A DNA stretch of 63,047 nucleotides from Gemmatimonadales bacterium (GTDB lineage Bacteria > Gemmatimonadota > Gemmatimonadetes > Gemmatimonadales > GWC2-71-9). The DNA lies in contig JABFSM010000054.1 in assembly GCA_013140635.1 (NCBI GenBank), forward strand, positions 1 to 63,047, written 5' to 3'. The notes beneath the pieces are model-generated. The model ran no database searches. It was not told where the DNA came from and worked only from the letters and a program-made list of their open reading frames with translations. The position numbers and the translations under genes were made by a program. Positions 9,401 through 17,661 of the stretch are shown piece by piece (position 1 is the first letter of the stretch; each line of letters begins with the position of its first letter).

Positions 9401-10236
9401 CCGACACCTCAGAAGTCACGGTCCTCAACCAGCCGCAGGCTGGGAATCCGGTAACCGCCGGAGGCAATCAGCCGTCCGGCTTCCTGACGGCCATGGCTAC
9501 GAAGTTCGACTTCGTGCCACCGATCAACGCCTCCTTGAACGGCTGGAACAGCCGGGTAACCGGCGGCACGATCGACGCTAACAACGCCTTCACGGTGCAG
9601 GACACTGACGCGCCCTACGGGCCGACGGTGCTCCGCATTCAGTTCCCCGCAATCTCGAACGGCGAGCACTTGGGCGGGAACGCGCCGGTATGGCTCTTCG
9701 GCGGCGGGAACTTCGGCTCGGGCGCGCGGCTCTACGTTCGGGTCCGTATGAAGATCGATGCCCGGTGGAGCAACATGGGCAACGGCGGCACCAAGCTGAT
9801 GTTCGTGCGGAATTCCTCCGCGACAGACAACCACTACACCGGCTTCAACTTGATGGAGACGGACAGCCCGACGTCGATGACCGCTTCGGCCGGGTGGCAG
9901 GGTACCGGCGAGCCGGGGCTGAGCTTGTTCCACCGTCCATCGACGGGGGCGGTCAACCTGGTGGATGGGCAGTACCACGACCTCGAATGGCTTCTCACCC
10001 CGGAGAACCCGGCCGGTTCCACTAACGGACGCATCGACCTCTGGGTTGATGGGGTGAAACAGAACTTCAGCTACGGGTGGGAGAACAACATCCGGATGTT
10101 CAACCCCGGCGACACGCGTCGCTGGGAGGGAATTGAAATTCAGCCGACGTTCGGCGGTGGGATCAAGGATCCGCCGGTGCTCAGCACGCCGCTCTGGTGG
10201 AACATCGCCTCGGTCTACGTGAGCACGGGTAACTAA
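6484..10236 (+). CDS. Large surface lipoprotein with 11 tandem Big_2 (bacterial Ig-like) domains and a C-terminal jelly-roll / polysaccharide-lyase-like domain
   Basis: The internal ATG at 6484 gives MTYLFKLAHRIAKIRTPLLIAAIALSGC, a signal peptide with lipobox LSGC (Cys codon at 6565). Each ~85-aa unit repeats W(S/T)ATGG-x-I...G-x-Y/F-x-V-I-A...ADT. The C-terminal ~270 aa (GGTKLMFVRN...RIDLWVDG...WWNIASVYV) looks ConA-like. Confidence 0.85.
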   Translation: MTYLFKLAHRIAKIRTPLLIAAIALSGCGKGEKTDFLAPNPNGSTPVLQTIRVEPQLGSVRVGDEVQFTATGYSATGALLPVTVDWSATGGIITSDGRFTGVLTGPHTVTARARDRQSVADSARVTVWNSPTEILALVVSPDSAIIEEGDTLEFSAALAMVNGALTQSAAVSWSSSGGFMDSFGRFSAAVAGEYVITAQSVSSLRGIARIFVQKKRRRLQRINIDPTGIQLNPAQTRQFQAAGDWSDGSSAAPDVVWSATGGTVANGLFTAAGTPGSFQVVAREQDGNIADTASVTIVETAITKLAITPGSVSLTPNAPQQFSALAQRADNSWNTVALNWRIVGAGSISSAGLYTAPAAAGNYQVIVGTPGSAVEDTAEVRIETPVATLNQIIVAPSSATVAAGGSRQFSLTGVWSDGGSTAPDASWSATGGTISASGLFVAGSVSGTYTVIATATNGKADTSVVTISAPVLTAVQLTPANSSLQVGQTQQFAVSGSWSNGATTAPAVSYTANGGTISAGGLYTAGSSAGTYSVIAAEQGGTLADTSFVTISTPAPVLAGVLLSPASVTLNAGGVQQFTAVGSYSNGTTGTITISWSETGGSINSTGRFTAGSTPGTYRVVARLSGGTMADTSTVIIASPATLTGLSVSPKPYSAQVSSAARQFNVSATWSSGATTVPSILWTATGGSITSGGLYTPSSTAGTFRVIARHSGGTLADTTAVTLTAAPPPPATLSSVTISPKPVSMPVAGAQQFNASALWSDGGTTVPSITWSATGGTVNGSGAYTAGSTAGTFRVIAAGGGKADTANITISAVAPTVTSFVLSPGSATVPAGSTQQFSTATTWSNGASGGVTVSYSATGGSISTNGLFTAAQAAGTFAVIASCSCGRADTSVVAVSAVSGPTLTSLRVSPKPVSVYTGGVQAFSVTPTWSDGSSTLPSITWSATGGNITNGGVYTAAGSAGTFRVIASGGGKADTSEVTVLNQPQAGNPVTAGGNQPSGFLTAMATKFDFVPPINASLNGWNSRVTGGTIDANNAFTVQDTDAPYGPTVLRIQFPAISNGEHLGGNAPVWLFGGGNFGSGARLYVRVRMKIDARWSNMGNGGTKLMFVRNSSATDNHYTGFNLMETDSPTSMTASAGWQGTGEPGLSLFHRPSTGAVNLVDGQYHDLEWLLTPENPAGSTNGRIDLWVDGVKQNFSYGWENNIRMFNPGDTRRWEGIEIQPTFGGGIKDPPVLSTPLWWNIASVYVSTGN
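6625..9426 (+). repeat. Eleven tandem coding repeats (~255 nt / ~85 aa each) encoding Big_2-like domains
   Basis: Recurrent peptide blocks: WSATGGIITSDGRF, WSSSGGFMDSFGRF, WSATGGTVANGLF, WRIVGAGSISSAGLY, WSATGGTISASGLF, YTANGGTISAGGLY, WSETGGSINSTGRF, WTATGGSITSGGLY, WSATGGTVNGSGAY, YSATGGSISTNGLF, WSATGGNITNGGVY. Confidence 0.85.
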
Positions 10237-10265
10237 GCCCGGCCAGACCGGGAGGATTGAAGGAG

Positions 10266-10296
10266 GGGCGGGCGAGGTTGCCCGCCCTTACTTTTG
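10266..10296 (+). terminator. Rho-independent terminator after the Big_2 lipoprotein gene
   Basis: GGGCGGGC (10266-73), loop GAGGTT, GCCCGCCC (10280-87), followed by TTACTTTTG. It lies 30 nt after the stop at 10236. Confidence 0.7.
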
Positions 10297-10301
10297 TCTA
10301 T

Positions 10302-11450
10302 ATGCGCATCCTATTTCTGGCTGAAGGGAATCCGGAAAGCTCTGAGGGTTCGTTCTCGGGGATCTCGAAGAGCCTCGTCGACGGCTTGCGCTCGGCGGGC
10401 CACACGGTAGCGACCGGCGATGTCGACCTTCACGGCACCGGACGGATACTCGCGGCGCTCCCGCTCTTTTCTCCCCGGCGCCAGCGGTGGTCGGTTCGGT
10501 ACCACTCCCATGCCTGGCCCGCCCGCCTCCGGGGCCGCAACGCCGCTCGGCACATCGAGGCCCATCCCGAAACCGAGGTGATTCTCCAGACCGGCGCCAC
10601 CTTCGCGCCTTTGGGTCGGGGCCACCGGCCGTACCACCTGTATTGCGATTCGAACATCAAGATGGCGGAGCGGGGGGCGGGAACCGGCTTTTCGTGGGCT
10701 ACGCAGCTTACCCCCGGGGAACTCTCCGCAGTGGTCGAGCGGGAGCGGCAGGTGTACCTCGGCGCGGCTGGGATCTTCACGATCAGCGAGTATCTCCGCC
10801 AGTCGTTCATCTCGGACTTCGGGATGAATCCCGCCAAGGTCGTCACCGCCGGCGCGGGCCCTAACTTCGCATCGTCCTTCGTGCCGCCGGAACGGGTGCC
10901 GAAGCCGGCGGGAGCGCCCCCGACCATTCTCTTCGTCGGGGTCCAGTTCGAGCGAAAAGGGGGAGATGTCCTGCTCCGCGCCTTCGAGAAGGTCCGCGAG
11001 CGGCTTCCAGGCACTCGGCTCTTGGTCGTCGGACCGAAGGAGCCGGTGCCGGAGGCCCCGGGGTTGGAATGGCTGGGGTTCCTGCGGAAGGACGACCCAG
11101 GAGACCGGGACCGGCTCCTCGACGCCTATCGAGAGGCCGATCTCTTCTGTCTCCCCACTCGCTACGAACCATTCGGTATCGCATACCTCGAGGCGATGCT
11201 CTTCGGGCTTCCTTGCATCGGAACCAACGTCTGGGCCGTTCCGGAGATGGTGCACGATGGCGTCACCGGATTCCTGATTCCGCCGGACGACGCGGAAGCG
11301 CTCGCCGATAGACTGCTCACCCTGCTTCAGGACCGGGCGCTTGCCGAGCGGTTCGGCCGGGCGGGGAAGGCCCTGGCCGCGGAGCGTTTTACCTGGAAGG
11401 CCGCGACCGAGCGCATCGCGAACTACATGACCGGCTCTCTCGCGCGATGA
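10302..11450 (+). CDS. GT4-family (retaining, GT-B) glycosyltransferase
   Basis: The ATG at 10302 (MRILFLAEG) lies just after the terminator. E-x7-E region: YEPFGIAYLEAMLFGLPCIGTNVWAVPEMVHDGVTGFL. Confidence 0.85.
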   Translation: MRILFLAEGNPESSEGSFSGISKSLVDGLRSAGHTVATGDVDLHGTGRILAALPLFSPRRQRWSVRYHSHAWPARLRGRNAARHIEAHPETEVILQTGATFAPLGRGHRPYHLYCDSNIKMAERGAGTGFSWATQLTPGELSAVVERERQVYLGAAGIFTISEYLRQSFISDFGMNPAKVVTAGAGPNFASSFVPPERVPKPAGAPPTILFVGVQFERKGGDVLLRAFEKVRERLPGTRLLVVGPKEPVPEAPGLEWLGFLRKDDPGDRDRLLDAYREADLFCLPTRYEPFGIAYLEAMLFGLPCIGTNVWAVPEMVHDGVTGFLIPPDDAEALADRLLTLLQDRALAERFGRAGKALAAERFTWKAATERIANYMTGSLAR

Positions 11451-12433
11451 AGGTTCCCGGCGCCGCCGTTCTCTGTTATCACGGGGTGACGACTCCCGAG
11501 CTTCCCTCGGGTTCGATCGCGAACATCCCCGCCGACGAGATCGTCGAGGTGGTGACGGCGCTCCGCAGCGATCGTGAGATCGTCCCGCTGGCCGAACTAC
11601 TGCTCCGGCAATCCACCGGGAAGTCGGTGGCCGGGTTGGCGGCGCTGACCTTCGACGATGCCTATCTCTCCCTCGGGCAGGCGCTTGCTCCCTGGCTCCA
11701 GGCCCAACGCATTCCCTTTGCAGTCTTCGTGACCACTACCGCGTCGTCCTCGGGAGCCAAGTTCTGGTGGGACCGGGTGGACGATCTCTTCCCGGTCGTT
11801 TCCCCCGTGCGGTGGCGGAGTTTCGAGGACGCGGTCGGTCTGCCCGAGAGCTACCGCCGGGGCCAGCCCGCCGCGGAGGGGCCGCTGCGTCCCCTTCGCC
11901 AGTTCGTGCTCGCCGAGTTCAAGGGTCGCTGCGCGTCCGTATTGGACGTGGCGCTCACGGCGCTCGAGCAAGAATGCGGGCAGGGAACCAGGCACCGGGC
12001 CATGACCTACGAGGAGATCGAAGCGATGCACCGCGGGGGCGGGGTGGAAGTGGGGGTGCATACGGTGAGTCATCCGGTGTTGCCCCTCCTGTCCGACGGC
12101 GAGTTCGGCCGGGAGGTTGGCCACTGCTTCGGCGAGCTGCGGGAGCGCTTTTCCACGACGATCCCGGTGCTCGCCGTGCCCTTCGGGCTCTTCGACCTAC
12201 GAACGCTGCGGCTGGCGCGCGAGGCGGGGATGACCCACTGCCTGACGCTCGAGAACGTGCTCTTCGGCTCGGCGTCGCGGGAGGGAGCGGTGTCCAGGCT
12301 CTCGATGACTCGCGGCATTCCGGTCTGGAAGCGCCGTCTTCGCTGGCTCGGCGTGACGGAGGCGGTGCGCGCGGTTCTGCGGTTCGGCCGCCGCCCCGGC
12401 GCGTATCCGGAACTCCCGTCTCCGACGAGCTGA
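11447..12433 (+). CDS. Polysaccharide deacetylase (CE4 / NodB-homology domain)
   Basis: ATGA start/stop overlap with the upstream gene. Motifs LTFDDAYLS and GVHTVSHPVL. Confidence 0.8.
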   Translation: MKVPGAAVLCYHGVTTPELPSGSIANIPADEIVEVVTALRSDREIVPLAELLLRQSTGKSVAGLAALTFDDAYLSLGQALAPWLQAQRIPFAVFVTTTASSSGAKFWWDRVDDLFPVVSPVRWRSFEDAVGLPESYRRGQPAAEGPLRPLRQFVLAEFKGRCASVLDVALTALEQECGQGTRHRAMTYEEIEAMHRGGGVEVGVHTVSHPVLPLLSDGEFGREVGHCFGELRERFSTTIPVLAVPFGLFDLRTLRLAREAGMTHCLTLENVLFGSASREGAVSRLSMTRGIPVWKRRLRWLGVTEAVRAVLRFGRRPGAYPELPSPTS

Positions 12434-12439
12434 CGCTCG

Positions 12440-13867
12440 ATGCTCTTCGATACGCCGGTCTACATCCTTTTTCTCGCGCTGGTCGTTCCGGTTTACTGGT
12501 GGCTCAAGACCCGGCGGCGCCAAAATCCCTTTCTTCTTGCCGTCAGCTACCTCTTTTACGGCTGGTGGGACTGGCGCTTCCTCGGCCTGATCCTCGCCTC
12601 CACGGTGGTGGACTTCTACTGCGCCCGGGAGATCGACCGGTCCGACGACCCAGGCCGGCGTAAGGTCCTGCTGACGGTTTCCGTCACCGTCAATCTCGCT
12701 TTCCTCGGCTTCTTCAAGTACTTCAACTTCTTCATCGATTCGGCGGCCGTGATGTTAGGCGCGCTGGGCCTCGACGTGCCGATGCCGGTGCTGCGCATCC
12801 TCCTTCCTCCCGGCATTTCGTTCTACACCTTCCAGGAACTCGCGTATATCGTCGACGTGTACAAGCGCCGCATTCCGCCGGCCCGTTCGCTGGTCGACTA
12901 CGCGCTCTTCATCTCGCTCTTTCCGCACCTGATCGCCGGGCCGATTCAGCGCCCGTCGCACCTGCTGCCCCAGGTGGAAGAAGAGCGCCGGAAGAACTTC
13001 AAGACGATGACCGACGGGCTCCTGCTGATTCTGATGGGGCTCTTCCGAAAGGTCGTCATTGCCGACAACTGCGCGCTGCTCGCGAACAGCGCGTTCGACG
13101 GAAACTTTGGCCCGCCGACGACGGCGGTCGTCCTGCTCGGTGTCTATGCCTTCGCCTGGCAGATCTATGGAGACTTCAGCGGATACAGCGACATTGCCCG
13201 CGGATCGGCGCAGCTGCTCGGATTTCATTTCATAGTCAACTTCCGGCAGCCATATCTCTCCCGCTCGATTCAGGAGTTCTGGCGCCGGTGGCACATCAGT
13301 CTGAGCACCTGGCTCCGCGACTATCTCTACATTCCGCTGGGCGGGAACCGAAGGGGTGAGAGGCGCACGTACAAGAACCTCTTGACGACGATGGTGCTGG
13401 GGGGTCTCTGGCACGGGGCCAACTGGACCTTCGTGATCTGGGGTGCCCTCCATGGCGCCATGCTCGCCGTGACCCGCTTCTTCACGCGCGGCCGTGAGGA
13501 GCCCGATCCGGTATCCGATGAAGGGCAGAGTCTCCTCCGCGGGTGGGGAAAGCGGGTGCTCGTCTTTCACGTAGTTTGCCTAGCGTGGATCTTCTTCCGG
13601 GCTCCCTCCGTCGGCGAGGCGGCGCAGTTCCTGGGCGGTGTCGCGAACTGGGATTGGCGCCCCGAGTACGCGGCCGCGCTCTGGTACCTCGGCTTCTTCA
13701 CTCTCCCTCTTTTCGTCGTCGACCTCCATCTCGAGCGGTCGGGCGGCGAGTATCCCCTTGCGACCGCCGGGGCGCGCCCGCGTATGGCCCTTGCGGCCGT
13801 CCTTGTTGGTATGATCGCGCTACTGGCCGGAACCGACTCGAATGCCTTCATCTATTTTCAGTTCTGA
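12440..13867 (+). CDS. MBOAT-family membrane O-acyltransferase (AlgI/DltB-like)
   Basis: 475 aa and polytopic. Motif: FWRRWHISLSTWLRDYLYIPLGGNRRG...GGLWHGANWTF (conserved His region). Confidence 0.9.
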   Translation: MLFDTPVYILFLALVVPVYWWLKTRRRQNPFLLAVSYLFYGWWDWRFLGLILASTVVDFYCAREIDRSDDPGRRKVLLTVSVTVNLAFLGFFKYFNFFIDSAAVMLGALGLDVPMPVLRILLPPGISFYTFQELAYIVDVYKRRIPPARSLVDYALFISLFPHLIAGPIQRPSHLLPQVEEERRKNFKTMTDGLLLILMGLFRKVVIADNCALLANSAFDGNFGPPTTAVVLLGVYAFAWQIYGDFSGYSDIARGSAQLLGFHFIVNFRQPYLSRSIQEFWRRWHISLSTWLRDYLYIPLGGNRRGERRTYKNLLTTMVLGGLWHGANWTFVIWGALHGAMLAVTRFFTRGREEPDPVSDEGQSLLRGWGKRVLVFHVVCLAWIFFRAPSVGEAAQFLGGVANWDWRPEYAAALWYLGFFTLPLFVVDLHLERSGGEYPLATAGARPRMALAAVLVGMIALLAGTDSNAFIYFQF

Positions 13868-14822
13868 TCCTTCGGGCGGCCCGCCTCAGGATCGGCGGCT
13901 CTTCGCCGGCATCCTGGCGCTGGTGTGCGTTCTTGCCGCGGGGCTCGAGGTCGCGACCCGCTTCGTGGTCCTCGACGCGAGCCGCCTCCAGCGCCGGATC
14001 GAGAGCGCACTGGCGGAAGCGAAGACGATTCGGCCGAGCCCTGCGGCGCCAAGCGTGTTGGTGGTGGGCAATTCACTCCTCCTGGAGGCGGTCAATCCGG
14101 ACTCGATGCGGGCCCTGGTCGGACAGACGATGGACGTGCGGCTCCTGCCGATCGAGCAGACCACCTACTTCGACTGGCTGTATGGGGTCGCGCATCTACT
14201 CGAAAAGGGGTCGCGCCCCGACATCGTGGCCGTCGTCCTCCCGAGGGTCCACTTGCTGAACGACGGAATCTGGGGGCCGTATAGCGTCTTCCGCCTGGTC
14301 TCGGCGCGCGACTTGCTGGCCCTTGCCCGCGATCTCGACCTCCATCCAACCGTCATCACGAGCTATGCGCTGGCCGAAGTGAGCGAATTCTACGGTGCCC
14401 GTACGGAACTCCGCGGCGTGGCGCTCCGCGCACTCCTGCCCGGTATCGAGCAACTTGCCCCGGTCTTCGGTGGCTTCGGGCGGGGTGCCCCGCCCAAGGG
14501 GCGGCCGCTCGTGGATACGCTGGCCATCGCACGGGAGCGCATGCGGCGGATGAAGGCAACGGTCGAAGAGGGCGGATCGAGACTCGTGTGGGTCCTTCCT
14601 CCGGCCGGGGTTCTCGATTCCACGTTCGACGCCGGTAGGGACCAGGTATTGCGGGCCGCTCGGGAGGCAGAAGTCCCGGTCATGGCGCTCGACCATTCCA
14701 GTACTTACGGTGCAGATGCCTTCAGTGACGGACTCCACTTGACGCCCGCGGCCGCCGGCCGCTTTACCGCTTCCTTTGTGGAGGGGCTGCGCCGGCGGCC
14801 CCTCGAGGGAACGCGGCCATGA
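13842..14822 (+). CDS. Membrane-anchored hypothetical protein, a likely accessory partner of the MBOAT acyltransferase (AlgJ/X- or DltD-like role inferred from position only)
   Basis: 326-aa ORF overlapping the MBOAT stop by 26 nt. It has one N-terminal TM helix (LFAGILALVCVLAAGLEV) and VLVVGNSLLLEAVNP. I recognised no catalytic motif with confidence. Confidence 0.55.
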   Translation: MPSSIFSSDPSGGPPQDRRLFAGILALVCVLAAGLEVATRFVVLDASRLQRRIESALAEAKTIRPSPAAPSVLVVGNSLLLEAVNPDSMRALVGQTMDVRLLPIEQTTYFDWLYGVAHLLEKGSRPDIVAVVLPRVHLLNDGIWGPYSVFRLVSARDLLALARDLDLHPTVITSYALAEVSEFYGARTELRGVALRALLPGIEQLAPVFGGFGRGAPPKGRPLVDTLAIARERMRRMKATVEEGGSRLVWVLPPAGVLDSTFDAGRDQVLRAAREAEVPVMALDHSSTYGADAFSDGLHLTPAAAGRFTASFVEGLRRRPLEGTRP

Positions 14823-16051
14823 GCGAGCAACAGCCCTCCCTCCTCTTTCTTTCCCACCGGCTTCCCTACCCGGCTCACAACGGGGCGGCGCTGCGGACGC
14901 TGAACACCCTGAAACAGCTCCGCAAGGGATTCCGCGTCACGATGCTCTGCTTCGACCGGCGCGATGCGCCGACCGGAGGGCTGACGCCGGAGGCGCGGCT
15001 CGAGGCGATCGCCGAACTGGCCGACGTGGCGGTTGTCCCGATTCCGCAGGAGCGGTCCGGGACCAGGCTTCTCTGGGATCACCTCCGGAGCGTGGCCGCC
15101 GGGAAGCCGTACACATGGTACGTCCACGATTCGGCGGCATTCGGGGGCCACCTCCGGCGGGTGCTCGACCGAGGCGCTTTCGGCCTCGTTCATGTCGACA
15201 CCCTCGACCTGGTGCGCTGGCTTCCGGAACTGCGCGGGATTCCGGCGGCATGCACGCACCATAACGTCGAGTCGGCGCTCTTGCGCCAGCGTGCGGAGCA
15301 TGAGCGGGGTTGGCGGGGCGCCTACATGGCATGGCAGGCGGAGCGGCTCCTGGAGGCGGAGCGCGAGTGGATGCCGCGCCTGGCGCTCAACGTGGCCTGT
15401 TCCGACGACGATGCGGCGGCGTTTCGCCGGATCGCCCCCGGCTCCCGAGTCGAGGTGGTGCCGAACGGCGTCGACGTCGAGTATTTCCGGCCGGCGCCCT
15501 TGGAGGCGCCACGCGGAGGGCTCGTGTGCGTAGGAGGCACTTCTTGGCACCCCAACCGCGACGGGCTGGAGTGGTGCGCTGGCGAGCTCCTGCCCAAGAT
15601 TCGCTCCCGTGCTCCGGAAGCGAGCCTCACCTGGATCGGCAAGATTTCCGAGGCGGAGCGGACTCGATATGCTTCGACGCCCGGCCTCCGGTTGACCGGC
15701 TACGTTCCCGATGTCCGTCCGTACGTCCAGCAAGCCGCCTGTTTCATCGCTCCACTTAGGGTCGGTGGAGGAACTCGGCTCAAGATTCTCGACGCCTGGG
15801 CGATGGGGGCGCCGGTGGTTTCCACCCGAATCGGCGCGGAGGGGCTGGCGGCGGTGCATGAGGAGAATGCGCTCCTCGCCGATGACGCGGAGAGCTTCGC
15901 GGATTCTGTCGCCAAAGTCTTGGCCGATCCGACCCTCCAGCTGCGGCTCGGCGCCGCCGGGCGGCGCACCGCAGAGACGATATATGATTGGGACGTGCTG
16001 GGCGTAAAGATGAGAGCGCTCTACGAGTCCGCCCTTCGCGCCACAGATTGA
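14819..16051 (+). CDS. GT4-family glycosyltransferase (resembles the PEP-CTERM/EpsH1-associated sugar transferase type)
   Basis: ATGA overlap with the upstream gene. Motifs LLFLSHRLPYPAHNGAALRTLNTL and GGGTRLKILDAWAMGAPVVSTRIGAEGL. Confidence 0.8.
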   Translation: MSEQQPSLLFLSHRLPYPAHNGAALRTLNTLKQLRKGFRVTMLCFDRRDAPTGGLTPEARLEAIAELADVAVVPIPQERSGTRLLWDHLRSVAAGKPYTWYVHDSAAFGGHLRRVLDRGAFGLVHVDTLDLVRWLPELRGIPAACTHHNVESALLRQRAEHERGWRGAYMAWQAERLLEAEREWMPRLALNVACSDDDAAAFRRIAPGSRVEVVPNGVDVEYFRPAPLEAPRGGLVCVGGTSWHPNRDGLEWCAGELLPKIRSRAPEASLTWIGKISEAERTRYASTPGLRLTGYVPDVRPYVQQAACFIAPLRVGGGTRLKILDAWAMGAPVVSTRIGAEGLAAVHEENALLADDAESFADSVAKVLADPTLQLRLGAAGRRTAETIYDWDVLGVKMRALYESALRATD

Positions 16052-16118
16052 TCCCGTCATCTGGGCCGCGAAAATGTGCAACTTGTTTGTAACAAACGAG
16101 TTACACCATTGAGACCAG

Positions 16119-16134
16119 GGGCGTATTTTTTGCA
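16119..16134 (+). promoter_or_regulatory. Candidate sigma-54 (-24/-12) promoter for the Wzy/ligase-like gene
   Basis: gGGCGT-ATTTT-TTGCA, with GG at 16120-21 and GC at 16132-33 (canonical spacing). It lies ~50 nt upstream of the start at 16182. A 13-bp palindrome GTTTGTaACAAAC sits at 16085-16097. Confidence 0.45.
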
Positions 16135-16181
16135 GTTCCAGTGGGGTTCCGGCAGGTGGTCGACTTTGGGGGATTTGTGAT

Positions 16182-17645
16182 TTGCGGGGGACGATGACCA
16201 TAAGCGCGGTGTACGAAGCCGAGGCTTCGGCGGGCGCGGCGGAAGCCAAGAGCGGGTCGCTGACGTTGGTGAGGAACGGGCTGCAAGTTGCGCTCGCTCT
16301 GCTGACGATCATGACGATTAGCCGCGTTCACCAACAGTTCCCCGCGATTGCGAGCATTCGGCCGGCCATGGTGCTCACCTTCCTGGTGGCCATCTTTGCC
16401 TATCTGAATCCACGGCTGATCGTGCCGGACAGCCTGCTCACGACGTGGCCCGCGAAGGTGCTACGCTACCTCGTCATCTGGACATGTCTGTCGGTGGCAT
16501 TCGGCATCTCGATGGGCAACTCCGGTCAATACGTCATCACCACCTTCTCGAAAAACGTCATCTACGCCTTCCTGCTCGTGGCCGCGATTCGGAACGTTCG
16601 CGACCTCTACACCTTTGCCTGTGCCTATATCGCCGGGTCGCTGGTGCTCACCTTCAACTCACTCTTCGTTTTCAAGTTGGTGCACTATAGCGGCGACTTC
16701 AGCTACGCCCGCCTGAGCGATATGTATACCTGGGACGCGAACGACGTGGTGTGCGTCCTCATGGTGGCACTCGCGCTCTCGCTGTTGGTGCTGCAGGTGG
16801 GTGGGAAGTGGATGAAGGTCATGTCATTTCTGACGATCATCGGGATCGCCGGTACGGTCTCGCGGAGCGGGTCGCGAGGGGGTCTGGTCGGCATTCTGGT
16901 TGTCGGGCTCGCCGTCCTCCTGCTGGCGCGCGGCATTTCGGTGGTCAAGCGGGTCGCGGTGCTGGTGGTTTCGGCGGGAGCGCTCTTTGCCTGGGCGCCG
17001 CCGGGCTACTGGATGCAGATGGAGACCCTTCTCAAGCCGAAAGAGGACTACAACTACACGTCCAAGGACGGGCGTCGAGAGCTCTTCAATCGCGGAATCG
17101 GTTACATAGCGGCCTATCCGGTCTTCGGGCTGGGCATCAATAACTTCCCGAAGGCAGAGTGCGAGATTTCCGAGAAGGCCAAAATTGCCAGGCGGCAGAA
17201 CACCGGCCTGCGATGCACCCCGCCGCACAATTCGGTGATTCAGGCCGGCTCCGAAACCGGCATCCCCGGGCTCCTCCTCTGGGTCGGGCTCTTGATCTTC
17301 GGTTTCGGGCAGATGCTTTATCTCTCGTACACCTTGCCGAAGAGCTGGTTGAAGGGAACGCCGGAACAGCGGTTCCTCGCCCTCGCCCCCAGCTATCTCG
17401 CGATTGCGATCGTCGGTTTTGCGTCGACCGCCTTCTTCCTCAACTTCGCCTGGCTGGAGATCTACTACTTCATCGCCGCCATGATGGCGGGGTACCTCGC
17501 CTGCCTGGTGAGGTTCCGCAACGGGAGCGGGGCGTTGTCGCCCGTTCCGCACATCCTGCCGACGGGCGGGTCGGAGTGGCGAAGCCGGCGGGGCGGAAGC
17601 CCGGTCGCCGCACCGGTCGGCCGATTGTCCTCGCGGCGTTCCTGA
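16182..17645 (+). CDS. O-antigen ligase / Wzy-type polymerase-like polytopic membrane protein
   Basis: About 10-12 hydrophobic helices. Wzy_C-type loop SRSGSRGGLVGILVVGLAV plus a large periplasmic loop. The start could instead be the ATG at 16194. Confidence 0.8.
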   Translation: MRGTMTISAVYEAEASAGAAEAKSGSLTLVRNGLQVALALLTIMTISRVHQQFPAIASIRPAMVLTFLVAIFAYLNPRLIVPDSLLTTWPAKVLRYLVIWTCLSVAFGISMGNSGQYVITTFSKNVIYAFLLVAAIRNVRDLYTFACAYIAGSLVLTFNSLFVFKLVHYSGDFSYARLSDMYTWDANDVVCVLMVALALSLLVLQVGGKWMKVMSFLTIIGIAGTVSRSGSRGGLVGILVVGLAVLLLARGISVVKRVAVLVVSAGALFAWAPPGYWMQMETLLKPKEDYNYTSKDGRRELFNRGIGYIAAYPVFGLGINNFPKAECEISEKAKIARRQNTGLRCTPPHNSVIQAGSETGIPGLLLWVGLLIFGFGQMLYLSYTLPKSWLKGTPEQRFLALAPSYLAIAIVGFASTAFFLNFAWLEIYYFIAAMMAGYLACLVRFRNGSGALSPVPHILPTGGSEWRSRRGGSPVAAPVGRLSSRRS

Positions 17646-17661
17646 GACTGGGCCTCACGGC

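Noticed and set aside
14705-16312. 535-aa minus-strand ORF. Similar long antisense ORFs occur at 1728-3353(-), 7477-8613(-), 18630-19952(-), 24084-25589(+), 35998-37437(-), 37284-38543(-), 44804-46057(+), 48947-50089(-), 53665-54873(+) and 57085-58659(+).
   Set aside because: Each lies opposite a gene with clear family motifs (GT4, VanZ, Big_2, GT4, GT4, SAF dehydrogenase/cytidylyltransferase, Wzc, histidine kinase, oxidoreductase, Kbl). Each has Arg/Pro/Gly-biased composition typical of high-GC shadow ORFs.
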